The notes beneath the pieces are model-generated. The model did no database searches. It saw only the letters and a list, made by a program, of their open reading frames with translations, and had not been told where the DNA came from. A DNA stretch of 64,000 bases from contig OZ024743.1 in the NCBI GenBank assembly GCA_964016885.1, positions 289,354,001 through 289,418,000 of the forward strand, read 5' to 3'. Made by a program: the position numbers and the translations under genes. This document shows positions 14,234 to 28,081 of this stretch, piece by piece (position 1 is the stretch's first letter; each line of letters begins with the position of its first letter). The stretch comes from Eledone cirrhosa (lineage: Eukaryota).

Positions 14234-14419
14234 TAGTGAGGGCGTTGGACAAAATATCTTGTAGTATATGTTCAAGGATCTCTCCTATTTGAGTTCAAAT
14301 TAATCTGAGATCAATTTTGCATTTCATCTGTATAATACAAGACAAGGACATATATAATACAAGACTAAGACCATATATACATATATACATACATACATAT
14401 GTTCATATATATGTGTGTG

Positions 14420-14690
<271 letters not shown>

Positions 14691-14744
14691 TTTCACTCGT
14701 GTCGGACACCTCGGTTATTTTGTATTTTGTAAACAAAACCTCAC

Positions 14745-14792
<48 letters not shown>

Positions 14793-15149
14793 CCCCCATG
14801 CTAGCGTGGAAGATAGACGTAAAAGGATGATGATGATGACGATATATATATTTCTGTGTGCGCGCCTACATAAGTCTGTGATCCACGCAGAATGTTTTGT
14901 CCTATCAAAAAACGATAAAGTAAAACCAAATACATCGAAATATAATACAATCTATGTAAGACACAAAATATAATATAATTTATATAACCTGTTTTAACTA
15001 CTTGGTGTCAACAGCACTAGATTAAACATGCCCTTGTAATCAATTTATTTCTCTTTCTATCTAGCAATCTATCTACAATATATCCATCTATCTATCTGTC
15101 CGTTAATATATCCTATCAACACCTTTGTGTATATATATATACATGTGCG

Positions 15150-15420
15150 ACAACCGTCACACGAAAACGAGTATGTTTGGGTTATATGCATCATTTTTTC
15201 CCAAGTCAGGAGAAATTCACAGAAAACGTCTAAGCCCTCCTTCCCTTGATTCAGCGAAACATCTAGAATGTGACAGCTGTAGTCGGAGAGAACTGCATAA
15301 GCACTGGGCTGGTATTTTCTTTAAAGGATGCAAGGCAGAACGATCTTCGCAGGGGCTTAAACGCAGAACAGAGGAACCAGGAAAAGTTTCCGACACATTA
15401 AAGACCCTGCCAAATCCACT
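15150..15420 (+). mobile_element. Possible highly decayed RTE-type LINE 3' fragment
   Basis: HWAG...SQGLKRRTEEPGKVSDTLKTL loosely resembles the RTE C-terminal RWAGH...GKR..G...KRFKDTLK motif. Confidence 0.35.
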
Positions 15421-15461
15421 GCCTTATATATATATATATGTTTGTGTGTGTGTGTGTGTGT

Positions 15462-15549
<88 letters not shown>

Positions 15550-15953
15550 GTGCATGTGTGTGTGTGCCGGTGTGAATGTAGATGCGTTATTCTCTTGTCG
15601 CTTCAAGTCACAAGACTTCCTTATACAATACTGTTGCAGCTGAATGGATTCTATATATGAAGTTAATTACTTGTTGTTACTAATAATACAGGACAACCCC
15701 CCGTCTCACACGATCAGTCAAAATTCTTCAAATATTTGTTTTAAGCGGTTTCTGATTCACGCTAGTGTAAACACATGCGCATCAAACCCGCTATGACGTA
15801 CATTATATTACACACAGTACACCTACACCCATACACCCACACACACATACACGCATATATATATATATGTATATATTCTCTCCTGTTCTTTCGTCAACAA
15901 AAGATTATAAATCCCTCTCTCTCTCTATATATATATATACATACATACATATA

Positions 15954-16019
<66 letters not shown>

Positions 16020-16028
16020 CATACACAC

Positions 16029-16168
<140 letters not shown>

Positions 16169-16286
16169 TCATTAGATAGGCAAAACAAGACCACAAATTT
16201 CACAAGGAAGGCGTAATTTAAAGAGTGTCAACATAGTTGCAGTTTAATGTAAGGAATAAGGAGTGTAATTATAGTTTAATGTAAGG

Positions 16287-16310
16287 AATAATAATAATCA
16301 TAATAATAAT
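16287..16310. repeat. (AAT)n tract at the 3' junction of Tx1 copy A
   Basis: AATAATAATAATCATAATAATAAT directly abutting the element. Confidence 0.95.
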
Positions 16311-16585
16311 GATTTCATTTATTGCCCACAAGGGCCGACATATAGGGGACAATACAAAAGACTGGGACAGTGGGGTTTTACCGAAAAATCGAGCAAACAA
16401 TATAAATAAACAAAGTAACAATAACAAAGTAACAATAAAGTAACAAAAAAATTACAACAAGAAAACATTCCCCAATAGAGAGGATGAACACCTAGGGTTC
16501 GCTCAGGTACCCTACCAGTCCTGAATGACCCGACGCTTCGAGAGCACCCTGGAAGGGCACCCCTCTCCTCTTCAAATTTACCTAC

Positions 16586-19500
16586 CTACAGCCGCATGAC
16601 CAGAGTAGGCCCACTCACACGGGCCATTCTCGCCACATTCACCACCTTTCAGCAAATGTACTGCGGGGCAGCACTTCTCTCTCCACCCTCATCTTCCTTT
16701 CCAAGTGAAACTTGAAAAAGTTGATGAGTGATTGGCCGAAGAGAAAAGTGTCTGTCTTCAGTCCTTTCAACCTCGTCCACCATACAACCTCTTTCGCTAC
16801 TGCTACCAGACAGAGGAAAATTGCCTGCCCTTCCTGGCCAAAAGAAGGCGGCGGGTCGAACTTCACTATGGACTCGGCCGATAGCCGGATCCGTTCTACA
16901 CGCAACAACAGCTGTTCAACATAACTCCACAAGTCAGTAATTCACGAACACTGGACGAGTGCGTGCAGAACGGTTTCGTCGCTCTGCGCGCATCTCGGGA
17001 AGGTCCGTCTCACAGCACTTCCGTGCCTGTAGAGTTTATCTCGAACCGGTAGTGCCCCCCCCCCCCCCCCGTAGCACTGCCAAGCGAGGGATTTTTGGAA
17101 ATTATCCATCGTCTCTGGCTCGAATGTCCTCCGGTACAGACTGGTTAGTTCGACTTCGTTGACTCCCAGAGCCTCTCCGCATTTGCCCACCACTAATCCT
17201 CTATAGAACTCGAGAGTGGAAGTTCCACTGACCGCATTGCCCGCCTGGTAGAGGGCAGTGAGTGCCTGGCAACATTCCAGATGCCAGTCACCCAGTCTCG
17301 GTCTCTTCTTGACCCAGGACTGCAACTCAGTCAAAGAAATGAGCTGCGGAAAGGCCCGTCTGACAAACGGCGACCACACCTGTTCACCGTTTAGGCAGAA
17401 TATCTGGAGATGTAGCAGCCTCAGCGCGTGCCTGCGCATCATTAGCCACGGCATGCCCAGCCCTCCACGTAGAGGGTGCTGGCAGCAGATGGACCGCCTC
17501 ACCAGCGGAACCTGACCCCTCCACAAGAATTTGAAGAGGTGCCGCTCCAAGATGGCGAGGCGCGAACGGGGGCAAGGGACGACAGTCAGACGGTAGTAGA
17601 TGACGGATGCGATGTACGCGTTCGCCACCTCCGCCCGACCTTTCAGTGATAGCTTCATCCCAGCCCATTTCTGGGTGAGACTGACTACCCTGCCCGTCAC
17701 CTCGTCCCAATTCTTATCCACCTGGAGGTCTGGCCCGAACCAAACCCCATACAACTTTACCGGTCCGTCCGTCCAGCGCCTAACGACGCTGTTGGACGGC
17801 ATGGACTTGCCTCTCCAGGTGCCGAGTTGCAAGCCCACTGACTTTTCCGGGTTAAGTTTTGCTCCCGTCAACCTTTCATATTCCTCCAATAAGTTGCCGA
17901 CCACCTCGATTTCTGAGGTATCCGACACCATCACGGTGATGTCGTCCGCATAAGCCGACACAGCCTTTACGCGTCCCGGTTCGAGCGGGATGCCCTGCAA
18001 CAGCTCCAGCTTCCGCAGTAAAGGCTCGAGAGTCAATACGTACAGAAGGGAGGAGTGAGGGCACCCTTGACGGACCGATCGGGAGACCTGAAACGGTTCC
18101 GAGAGGTGGCCATTAATGTTGACCATCGAGCAGGTGCCGATGTGCATTGCAGCGATCCAGCTTCTGAAGACGGGGCCGAAGCCAGCCGCCTTGAGGACAG
18201 TCTCCAGGTACCGATGGTCGACCCTATCGAATGCTTTCGATTGATCTAAATTGATCAGAGCCCCACCGAAGCCAGGTTTACACCCTACCCTATCTATGAT
18301 GTATCGCATTAGGTGGAGGTTGTCGTGTATGGACCTGGCTGGGATTGCGCAAGTTTGCGCCTCCCCAACCAAATCCCCGACGACAAGCGCCAACCTCTTC
18401 GCTAACAGCCTGACCAAAATCTTAAACTCTGTGTTGAGCAGAGTTATGGGCCTGAAATTGTCTAATGTGTCCCTCTTGTTCTCGTCTTTCCTTATCAGCG
18501 TCACTACGCCCCGGCTCACAGAACTGGAAATACTCCTGTTTTGCTGCCAGTTGCAGTAGAGCGTTTCGAGGAGATTGGAGAACAAGTCTGGCATATTTAC
18601 GTAAAGCTCGTAGGGCAGACCATCCAAACCGGGTGACTTGCGCCTCATGCAGCCTACAAGGGCATCCTGAATCTCGGCTGAAGTAATTGGCCTTTCGCAG
18701 CGCCCAGCGTCAGCCGTCGAGAGTTGCGACAAGCCATCGAGGTAGGGACTGAAGTCCGCCACCATCTCTGACCCGCCACTTACCCCGAACAACCGAGCAA
18801 AATGTTGGCGAAAGGCCTCACACATCCTCTTGGAATCGCTAAGCTCGAGCCCGTCTCGGTCCGTCAAAGACCGAATCGTGGTTTTATTACCACGCTGCGC
18901 CTCTGCCACGCGGGCCCATCGAAGAGCTTTGGTTCCCTCGTTTCTCAGATCACGCGCCTTAGCTCTGACAATGCAACATTCGTGTTTCGTATTTAAGAAA
19001 TGGTCTAATGCTATTCTCGCCGCTAGCACATCAGTTGCAATGCCACTACCAATAGCCTCGTCTAACTTATCTACCAACTCTCCCTCCTTTCTATTTTTCT
19101 CTAATGCTACTTCTTTGCTAAACTCTATCGACATTACTCTAATCTCTCCTTTGAGAGCCCCTCACCATCTATTGTTGACGACTGCACCTGTCAACTTTTT
19201 CTTAACTAAATTGTTGACCTGGTACCTGTAAGCCTTACGTGCCGGAAATGACATGTTTAGCTTCCAGTAACCAGGTCCTAACCTACGCGTCTTATCTAGG
19301 TCGACCATACAGATCACAAACTTGTGATCTGAATAGGCGACCGTTTCAAAACGTGGACAGCTTACACTATTTCTGTCTATTTTCCTAATGACTATCCTGT
19401 CTATATACGATCTAGATGACTCTATGCGGTTAGCCCAGGTCCACACTGGCGCATTAGGGAAATCTAGTCGGTACCTGTCAGACAGTTGGAACTGGCTGAT

Positions 19501-20010
19501 CAGGTTCTTGAGGCTTTTGCACCCCCCCCCCCCCGCTCCTATCGGATACTGCCATACAGTCCCAGCGTGCGTCTAAGATGCCGTTCCAGTCCCCCGCTAA
19601 CAGTAAAGGGCGAGACGTACCCAGAAAGGCTTCCAGGCGTCTAAAGAGTTCGGCCGTCCTGCCCCACTAGGAGCATAGACGGCCACCAGTCTAAAGGCAC
19701 CACCTTCATTATTGTTCACGTCCAGGACCACCAACTTCCCGTCTGGGTCCCGGAAGATCGACCTTACCTCGAGATCCAGGCCTTTCCTAAACAGCACTGC
19801 CACCCCGCCTCCCATTCCCGGCCGGCTAACAGATGCAAAGATCTGATAGTCGTCGAAAATGGGGGCTAGTGCGCACGTGTCGGAAATCCTGGTCTCGCTG
19901 ACTGCAATTACATCCATTTCTATAGACCTGAGGTCGTTGAGCAGGTGACGCTGCTTCCAGGACGATCCCAGGCCTCGAACATTTAAACATCCTACTCTTA
20001 ATACGGCCAT
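16586..20010 (-). pseudogene. Tx1 copy A ORF2 (APE endonuclease, reverse transcriptase, C-terminal zinc finger), frameshifted
   Basis: GCLNVRGL, AVSET, YSDH, SPGLDGLPYE, FRPITLLN, DQSKAFDRVDH, RQGCP, AYADD, PRCAQSDETVLHALVQC; broken into the 137, 94, 730 and 97 aa track ORFs. Confidence 0.95.
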
Positions 20011-20041
20011 GTTGGCAGGTTAAACAGAGAGAGGGGAAGGT

Positions 20042-21778
20042 TTACTTACCTTCCGAGCTCTTGTGAAGGTCGGGTTGTTCGACCTCCATAGTTAGTGGGG
20101 TTTCTTTTGGGAACCCCTTTAAATGTCTTGAAGTCGGTTTTACGTTCGGGGTTCCCACGTCCCGAGGAAAGCTGTCTCGTATTTCTTTGAATATGTCGAG
20201 CGACATTCGCACCAGAACCAAATCTTCCGGCACGCGAAATGTGCTCGATTTAAATATTTCCCCCTCTTTTTGTATATTTTCACTTCGTGCTACGAGGGCC
20301 ATCAGTTCCTTGTTGGCCCTCCTGACGAGCACGAAGTTTTGTATGTTTTGTTGGTGTGATTTTATTTGTTTGCGTGGCTGCGGTGTTGATGGTTTTGGTG
20401 GTGTTGTTTCGGTTGTATCTGTGTTTGTTGTGAGTGCGGTGTCTGTGGTTTCAGATGTTTGTGTGTATATTTGTTCTTGCGTCTGTTTCGGTTGTTTGCG
20501 TTTGGGGGATTCTGGTGATGGTGATGGTGGTGTTGATGTTGGTTTTATTGGAGAGATGTTTGCGTGGGTGGTGTCTGCGTTTTTTATTGTGGGTGCTTTT
20601 GTGCTTTTTGAGTTTTTTTGTTTTTTTTTTGTGTTTCCTTTTTTGTATTTTGGGGTATTTTGGATTTCCCTCATTTTCACTACTGGTAGATGAGGGGTCT
20701 GGGTCTGTAAGTGTGTCTGTATGTATGTTTAAGGTTTTATTGGTGTGTGTATTTTGGGGGGGAGGGGGAATTTGACAGCTTTCCTCATTTCCCCCCCTGG
20801 GTAGTCAATGTTGGTGGTGGTCTTTCTATTGGTGTTGTTGTTGGTGGTTTTGCCGGTGCAGGTGTTGGTTGTGGTCCTCGCCCCGGCGTCGGCAGCAGTG
20901 GAGCCTTTCGACCCCTTGCCTCTTTCAGCTGTTGAGGGCAGAAGGCTCGCAAATGGGTTTTTCCCCACATTCAAAACACTGCGGCCTTTTGCCTTCGGTC
21001 ATAATGTGAATGACAGTCCCATTCTGAAGGCGGATGTGGTCTGGGATTGTCTTCACATTATCGGGCCTGATCTGGAGAAGGATCTCCAGGTCAACCCCGG
21101 ACCAGTCCTCTCTGGCCGTTCTAGTCACTTCTATAGGGACTGTATCCGTCCCCTCCACAATCACGCATCCCAGAAGCCACCACATGTCAAGTCCTGGTGG
21201 GATTCTGGGAATGCGGAGCGGGCCGTTCTTTTTCCCATGTGGGAGGGGTATATTATGACCTTGCTGGTTTTGCAAGGAGTCATAGGGTGTTTCATGGCGA
21301 GGGCTTCTGACTTGAACAACACCGAAATGGTGCCGTACTGTCTGCCCCTCTCTATGTACTGGGTGTCTTCTCTGATGGACCTCAGCGCGACTTCGACATC
21401 TTCTTGTGGGATTAACGCTGCCCTTTTGTTTTGTGTTGAGATGCATCTATAATGCACCGTTTTGCGCCCCACTGTCTCAATAGCTTCTACCGGGACAGTT
21501 AAGTTGGCCCAAGTTTTCTCTTGCTTGATGAGCTTCCATGCCTGGGCCAACTTTTCATCTTTGTTTGAGAGGTCCATGTTGAAGCATGGCCTCTTTTTTG
21601 CTGCTGCCGCAGCGAAAGTGTTCTTCTTGTTTTCGTTGGGGGTGTTGTGGTCGTTGTCGTTGTTCTTGTTGGTGTTGTTGTTATCACTATCGCTGTTATC
21701 ATTGTTGTCTTTGTTGCCACCGTTGTTCTTGGTGCAGTTGGTATTGTTGCTGTTGGTGTTGTCGCTATTTGTTTTCAT
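20042..21778 (-). pseudogene. Tx1 copy A ORF1 (gag-like nucleic-acid-binding protein), frameshifted
   Basis: Asn-rich N-terminus, TFAAAA motif, RRM-like RGRQYGTISVLF, EGKRPQCFECG..KTHLRAFC zinc knuckle, Pro/Thr-rich tail. Confidence 0.85.
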
Positions 21779-21800
21779 GTTAGTGGTGTTGATATTGTTG

Positions 21801-24800
21801 TTGCTCCTGTCACCGCTTCGTATTCCTTGAGAGCGGTGCCGAGCATCTGGACGTGTCTGGTGCTCGACACCACTACGGTGACGTCGTCAGCGTAAGCCGA
21901 CTCGGATTTCCTCCATCCTAGTTCGCGTGGGACGCCCCTCATCGCCCCCAGTTTGTGCAGTATCGGCTCGATAGCCAATACGTACAAGAAGGACGAGAGG
22001 GGACAACCCTGGCGGACTGAATGCATGATGCTGAACGGCTGCGACAGGTAACCTTTCACCCTCACAACTGAGCAGATGTCGCTGTACATTGCTGCGATCA
22101 AACCCCTGAAAACGGGCCCGAAACCGGCTGCCTCGAGGACCGCCGCCAGATACCGATGGTCGACCCTATCGAATGCTTTCGATTGATCCAAGTTGATCAG
22201 AGCCCCACCCGTGCCAAGTTCCTTAACCACCCATCTATGATGTATCGCATGAGGTGGAGGTTGTTGTGTATGGATCTGTCCGGAATGGCGCATGCCTGCG
22301 CCTCTCCCGCCAGACCCTTGACGACAAACGCCAACCCGTTGCTAACACCTTGGCCAAAATCTTGAACTCTGCGTTTAGCAGGGTTATGGGCCTGAAATTA
22401 TCGATAACATCCCCCTTGTTCGCGTCTTTTCTCAGCAGCGCCACTGCTCACCGGCTCACAAAACTGGGAATGCTCCCGTTCTGCTGCCAGTTGCAGTAGA
22501 TGTCTGCCAAGAGGTCACCGAACAGGACTGGCATAAATGCATAAAGCTCGTAGGGCAGACCATCTAAACCTGGTGTTTTACCCCTCGTGCAGTTAGCCAT
22601 CGCTTCCCGTATTTCACCGGCTGTTATTGGCTTTTCGCAACACTGTGCTGCGGTCGTCAAGAGCCGAAGCAGTCCGTCGAGGTATGCACTGAAGTCCATG
22701 CCCCGATCCAGGCCGCCGCTCTCATACAGTTCAGCAAAGTGCTGCTGAAAAGCTTCACACATCCGCTCGGGTTCGAGCATCACGCACCCGTTTTGGTCAG
22801 ACAAAGACCGAATTCTGGGTTTGTTGCCACGTCGTGCCTCTGCCACCCGGGCCTATTGGACGGCTTTTGTCCCCTCGTGTCTCAGAGCACGCGCTCTAGC
22901 TCTGACAACGCAGCCTTCGTGTTTTACGTTGAAGAATTGTACGAGTGACAATCTCGCCGCAAGCACGTCGGTTGCGATGCCTGTCTTAAACGCCTCTTCT
23001 AGCTTTCTGACTAGCTATCCCCTACTCTATTTTCCTCTATCACTACTCTTTTGCTAAACCTAATCGACTCTACTTTAATTGCCCTTTTGAGGGCGAAGCA
23101 CCACCTGTTGTTGACGACCACTTCCGTCAACGCCCGCTTAACTAATACGCTAATCCGGTCTCTGTAGGCTTTGCGCACCGGGAAAGACGCGTTCAGCTTC
23201 CTGTAACCAGGCCCTTGTCTATGAAGTCTGTCTATGTCGATCTCACAGATCACAAATTTGTGGTCTGTGTAGTCGAGTATTTTAAATTGTGGACAACTTA
23301 TACTAGCCTTATCTAGTTCTCTGCAGAATACCCTATCGAGATACGATCTGGATGACCCGATGCGGTTTGTCCATGTCCTCATTGGCACATTCGGGTGATC
23401 CAGTCGATACCTGTCAGACAGTTCAAAACATCTGAGCAGGTTGGTGAGTCTCTTGCACCCTCCTCCCCTATCCTCTAGCCCCACACGATTCCAGCGTGCA
23501 TCCAAGATACCGTTCCAGTCGCCCACTAACACTAAAGAGCGGGACGTTCCAAGAAAGGTCGCTAGACATCTGAAGATATCTGGCCGTCCTGCCCCTGTTG
23601 GGGCGTAGACGGCTACTAGCCTGAAAGCAATGCCTTCGCTGCCGGTCACGTCCAGCACCACCGACTTACCTTCTGGGTCTAGGAAGATGGCCCGTATCGC
23701 GAGATACAAGCCTCTCCGAAATAGGACGTAGAACCGGCCCTTTCGCTGGTCATGGGTGATTCCAAGTGGATGTCACTGTATATCCTCTTGGTAACCGATC
23801 CTCTGAAGTCTCCAACTGCGTTGGGGAATTTTTTTTTAAAGGTTTGTATTGTTCTATTGAGATTTAAATGATGCTTATGTTGTCGGGAGAGTTCTTGGTG
23901 TTGGTGGGGTGTAGTAGTTTTTTTCTGTGATGTCTGTGTGCTGCTTTATATATTGTATGAGTTCTTTTTTTGCCATGTTTATGGCTGTGTACTTTTTGGG
24001 GGGAGGGGTGATTTTGTTGCTGTTTTCTTCTTGTTGCTGTTTGGTGTGTGTGTCTTGTTGTGTTTGCGTTGTTTGTGTTTTTGGTGATGCTGGTGGTGGT
24101 GTGGTTGTTGTTGTCAGTGGTGCTTGTGGTGGTGATGGTGGTGGTGTTGCTGCCTTTACCCCTCTTTGTATGCTTTCGCTTTTGGAGGGTGAATCTAAGG
24201 GGTTTTTTTTCCTTTTTCTTTTTTGTGGCAGACCGTTTGCCACTTCACCCGCCTCAAACACCATGTCGGATTCTGTGGCGTCTGGGAGGGGTATGTGCTC
24301 TACGGCTGTTGGTGGTGGTAGTGGAGCCCTCTTCGGCAATTTTGTTGCTGGTGTAGCTACTTCAAATGTAGCTATTGGTGTTGCCGCCACAGATGATGCT
24401 GCTTTAGTTGTCCGTGGCCTTGGTACGGGTGCTACGGACGTTGCCCTCCTACTCACCGTGGAAGGGGCTTCTTCATTTGTTGCCTGCCCTGCTCTTGGTA
24501 GCAGCGGACCAGGTATTGGAAGAAGAGTGGCCTTCTTCGCTGACTTCTGCGGGCAAAAGGCCCTGAGGTGACCCTTCGACCCACAGAGATAACATTTTGG
24601 CCGTCTTCCTTCTACACTTATAGGGAGTTGGAGTCCTTTCTCGGTGTCTATGATATCGGAGATAGCGTCGATACATTCCTGGTCAGTTTGTATAAGCATT
24701 TGCATGCCTATACCTGACCAGTTCTCTCTCCCTATTTTTTCTACTTGCAGCATGGTCGTCGTGTTCTCGATTCCAGCAAGGACAGACGCGGCCAGCCAAG

Positions 24801-25451
24801 GTATGGGCACGTCGGGTGGGACCTGGGTCACTTTGACCCTCACAATTTTCTGCCCGCAGTAGGAGGGCACCAAGACTATCTCCTCACTCTTTAGGGTTTC
24901 CAAAGAGTGAGACTTTGCTTCCTGGGGGGTGGCGAAAGTACGTCTACTGTGGCGTACTTTCTGCCTTGGGTGATGTGGGTTTTGCGTGCCCAGACGCACC
25001 CCAAAGCCTTTTTGATTTGAGCCTCCGTGGCTCTCTCCACCCGATGTGAGATTTTGCTTACGGTCCGGTAAGTCACCGTCCTTGAAAAAATCGGGTGGAG
25101 GTTTCAGGGAGACTCTATTTGCGCTTCTTGTCACCATGGCCCTTGCGACTGCCATCTCCTCCTCTGTGACTAACACTGTCTCGATATTTTGGGCGACACC
25201 TGCGAAAGAAGTGGTCCCTTTTTCAGCAGCACCACTATTGCTGCCGCTACTGGTCTTACTGGTGGTGCTGAGATCGCTGTTACAGGTATCGGTGTCATTG
25301 TTGTTGTTTTCGTTGGTACAGTATTTGGTGTTGTTGTTGTTTTCGTTGATACTGTTGCTGTTGTTACTGTTATTGTGGCTGTTGTTATTATTGTTGTTTT
25401 TGTTGATGCTGTTCCTATTATTATTGTTGTTGTGGCTGTTGTTATTTTCAA
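21801..25451 (-). mobile_element. Tx1-clade retrotransposon, copy B, truncated at both ends with an internal deletion over the ORF1/ORF2 junction
   Basis: ORF1 (25176-23875, CYLCGSKGHLRAFC) and ORF2 pieces (23709-21801: VGDWNG, YTDH, DQSKAFDRVDH, AYADD) ending abruptly at EYEAVTGA. Confidence 0.92.
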
Positions 25452-28004
25452 ACTAGGAGGAAAAAGCTAAATATTATCATAGAGGAACTGAAGCAATGCA
25501 TTGTAGCAAAGAGCGCAAAGATTAGGCGATACGAGAGCACAGTCAGTCAGTATAGACAGAACTGCATGTTTGACAACAACCAGAAGATGTTGTTTGGACA
25601 GCTTGAAGGGAAAGAAAGAGGCAACGACTTGATCCCTGAGGTGGAACAAACTAAAACATTCTGGAGAGGTGTATGGGAGCAGGGTGTTGAACATAATGAC
25701 CAGGCAGTGTGGATTGAGACAGTACAAAAGGAGATTAGTGAACAGGCACACCAACAAACTGATTTGAGTATCACAGTTGAAACTCTTAAGAGGCAGGCCA
25801 GAAAACTAACCAACTGGAAATCACCAGGCCCAGATGGTGTGCAGTGGTATTGGATTAAAAATATAACATCCCTCCACCCGAAACTGACAACCATGTTCAA
25901 TGACTGCTTGATGTCAGGTGAGGTACCAGAGTGGTTGACAAAAGGTACCACAGTTCTGGTAATGAAAGACCGAACCAAGGGTAATGATGTTACCAACTAT
26001 AGACCTATCACATGTCTGTCCGTAATGTGGAAACTGTTAACAAGCATTGTGTCTGAGGAAATCTACCATCACCTCCACATAAACAACTTGTTACCAGACG
26101 AATAGAAAGGATACAGAAAGAAGTCCCGTGGTACAAAGGACCAGTTACTTATTGATAAGATGGTAATGAGGAATTGCAGGAGGAGACACACTGGTCTTGC
26201 CATGGGATGGATAGACTACAAAAAGGCATTCGACATGGTGCCTCATTCTTGGATAACCAAAAGCCTAGAGATCTTCGGGGTGGCAGATAACATCAGACAG
26301 TTGTTGGGCGAAAGTATGAAGTCCTGGAAAACAGAGTTAACATCGGGCCTAGATAATTTGGGAGGCGTGACGATCAAGAGAGGTATCTTCCAGGGAGATA
26401 GTTTGTCCCCTCTGCTGTTTGTCCTTGCCCTGACCACATGACCATTATACTGCGAAAAGTGAGAGCAGGTTACAAGTTGGGAAAGGGAGAGCTTACCATC
26501 AATCACCTCCTCTTCATGGACGATCTTAAGCTCTTCGGCAGGAGTAAGAGGGAGTTGGATGTGCTTGTTGACACTGTCCGTATTTTCAGCAATGATATAT
26601 GTATGGAATTTGGTATTAGTAAGTGTGGAGTCCTTGTGATGAAGAGGGGTAAATTGAGCAGAAGCAACGGAATCCAGGTACCAACAGGTGAGATGATAAA
26701 GGAAATTGATGCTTAAGAGGGATACAAATATTTAGGTGTTCTGGAGGCTGATGACATCAAGAACAAACAAAATGAAGGAATTGATAAGATCTGAATACAT
26801 TCGGAGAGTAAGGAGCGTATTAAAGTCACATCTGAACAGTAGGAATGCCATAAGTGCAGTAAATTCCCGAGCTATGTTAATGATTAGGTACAGTGCGGGA
26901 ATTCAGAGATGGAATGTTGCTGAACAAAAAGAAATGGATAGGAAGACTAGGAAGCTATTGACTATCTACAACATGTTTCACAGAAGGAGTGATGTCGATA
27001 GACTCTACTTAAGGAGATCTGATGGTGGAAGAGGTCTTATCAGCATAGAGGACTGTGATCAGATGGAGAAAAACAACCTACACAAATACATGACTGATAG
27101 TAAGGAGCCAATGCTCAGAACTGTATTGAAGGAGAGGACAATAGACCAGGGGATGTCCAAGGAGGAAATAACATCAAGGAGAAAGAGCAGCCTTCAGGAA
27201 AAATCCCTTCATAGTACCTTCTTTGAGTAAACTGAATTCAGAGATCCACAGACATGGAACTGGTTGAAAAGAGGAGACCTTAAAAAGGCTACAGAAGGAA
27301 TGTTAATGGCTGCGCAAGAGCAGGCCCTTAAAACGAAGTGGTTGAAACACCATATTTACAAGGAGGAGGCTAGCCCACTGCGCAGGATCTGTGGCTCACA
27401 TTGTATCCGAGTGTAAACACCTAGCCCAGACTCACTATAAGGGCTGGAGACAGGATGTGATGGGCAGGGTGATCCACTGGCACCTATGCAAAGTAAAAAT
27501 TTACCACATTCTGAGAAGTGGTATGAGCATAAGCCAGAGTCGGTGATAGAAAACGTTCAGGTGAAGGAGTTGTGGGATTTTAGGATACAGACGGACAAGA
27601 AATTGGAACACAATAGACCTGACCTGGTGGTTGTGGACAAAGAAAAAAGATCGTGCCTGATTGTGGATGTGGCCTGCCCATTCGACACGAGAGTGCAAGA
27701 GAAGGAGAGGGAGAAAATTAACCGATACCAGGACTTAAAGTGGGAGGTAAAAAGGATTTGGAACTGCCATGAAGTCAAAGTGGTCCCGATTGTCATAGGT
27801 GCACTAGGTACTATCTCAAAAAGTTTCCAGGGATGGTTAAAGAAAATTGGCCCTTCACGCTTTTTGGAACGCTTCAAAAGGCATGCTTGCTGGGAACAGC
27901 AAGAACCCTCCGATACGTCCTGAATATCTGAGGCTGCAGGTAGTGGCTTGATATTCATTTCAACAAACTTTCCAGTTAACTAACATCAATGACTGAGACT
28001 CAAA

Positions 28005-28080
<76 letters not shown>
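25452..28080 (+). mobile_element. R4/Dong-clade non-LTR retrotransposon (RT plus restriction-like endonuclease), 5'-truncated, (TAA)n tail
   Basis: [66 protein letters not shown] motif NRPDLVVVDK..IVDVACP..EK..Y.DL. Several stops and frameshifts. Confidence 0.93.
28006..28080. repeat. (AAT)n tract shared tail-to-tail by the Dong element and Tx1 copy C
   Basis: About 25 AAT units between the two 3' UTRs. Confidence 0.97.

Positions 28081-28081
<1 letters not shown>

Larger units (their letters stand above)
16311..21800 (-). mobile_element. Tx1-clade non-LTR retrotransposon, copy A (5' end lost)
   Basis: ORF1 with CCHC knuckle, ORF2 with APE endonuclease, RT and zf-RVT, 3' UTR with AATAAA followed by (ATT)n. 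Confidence 0.93.
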
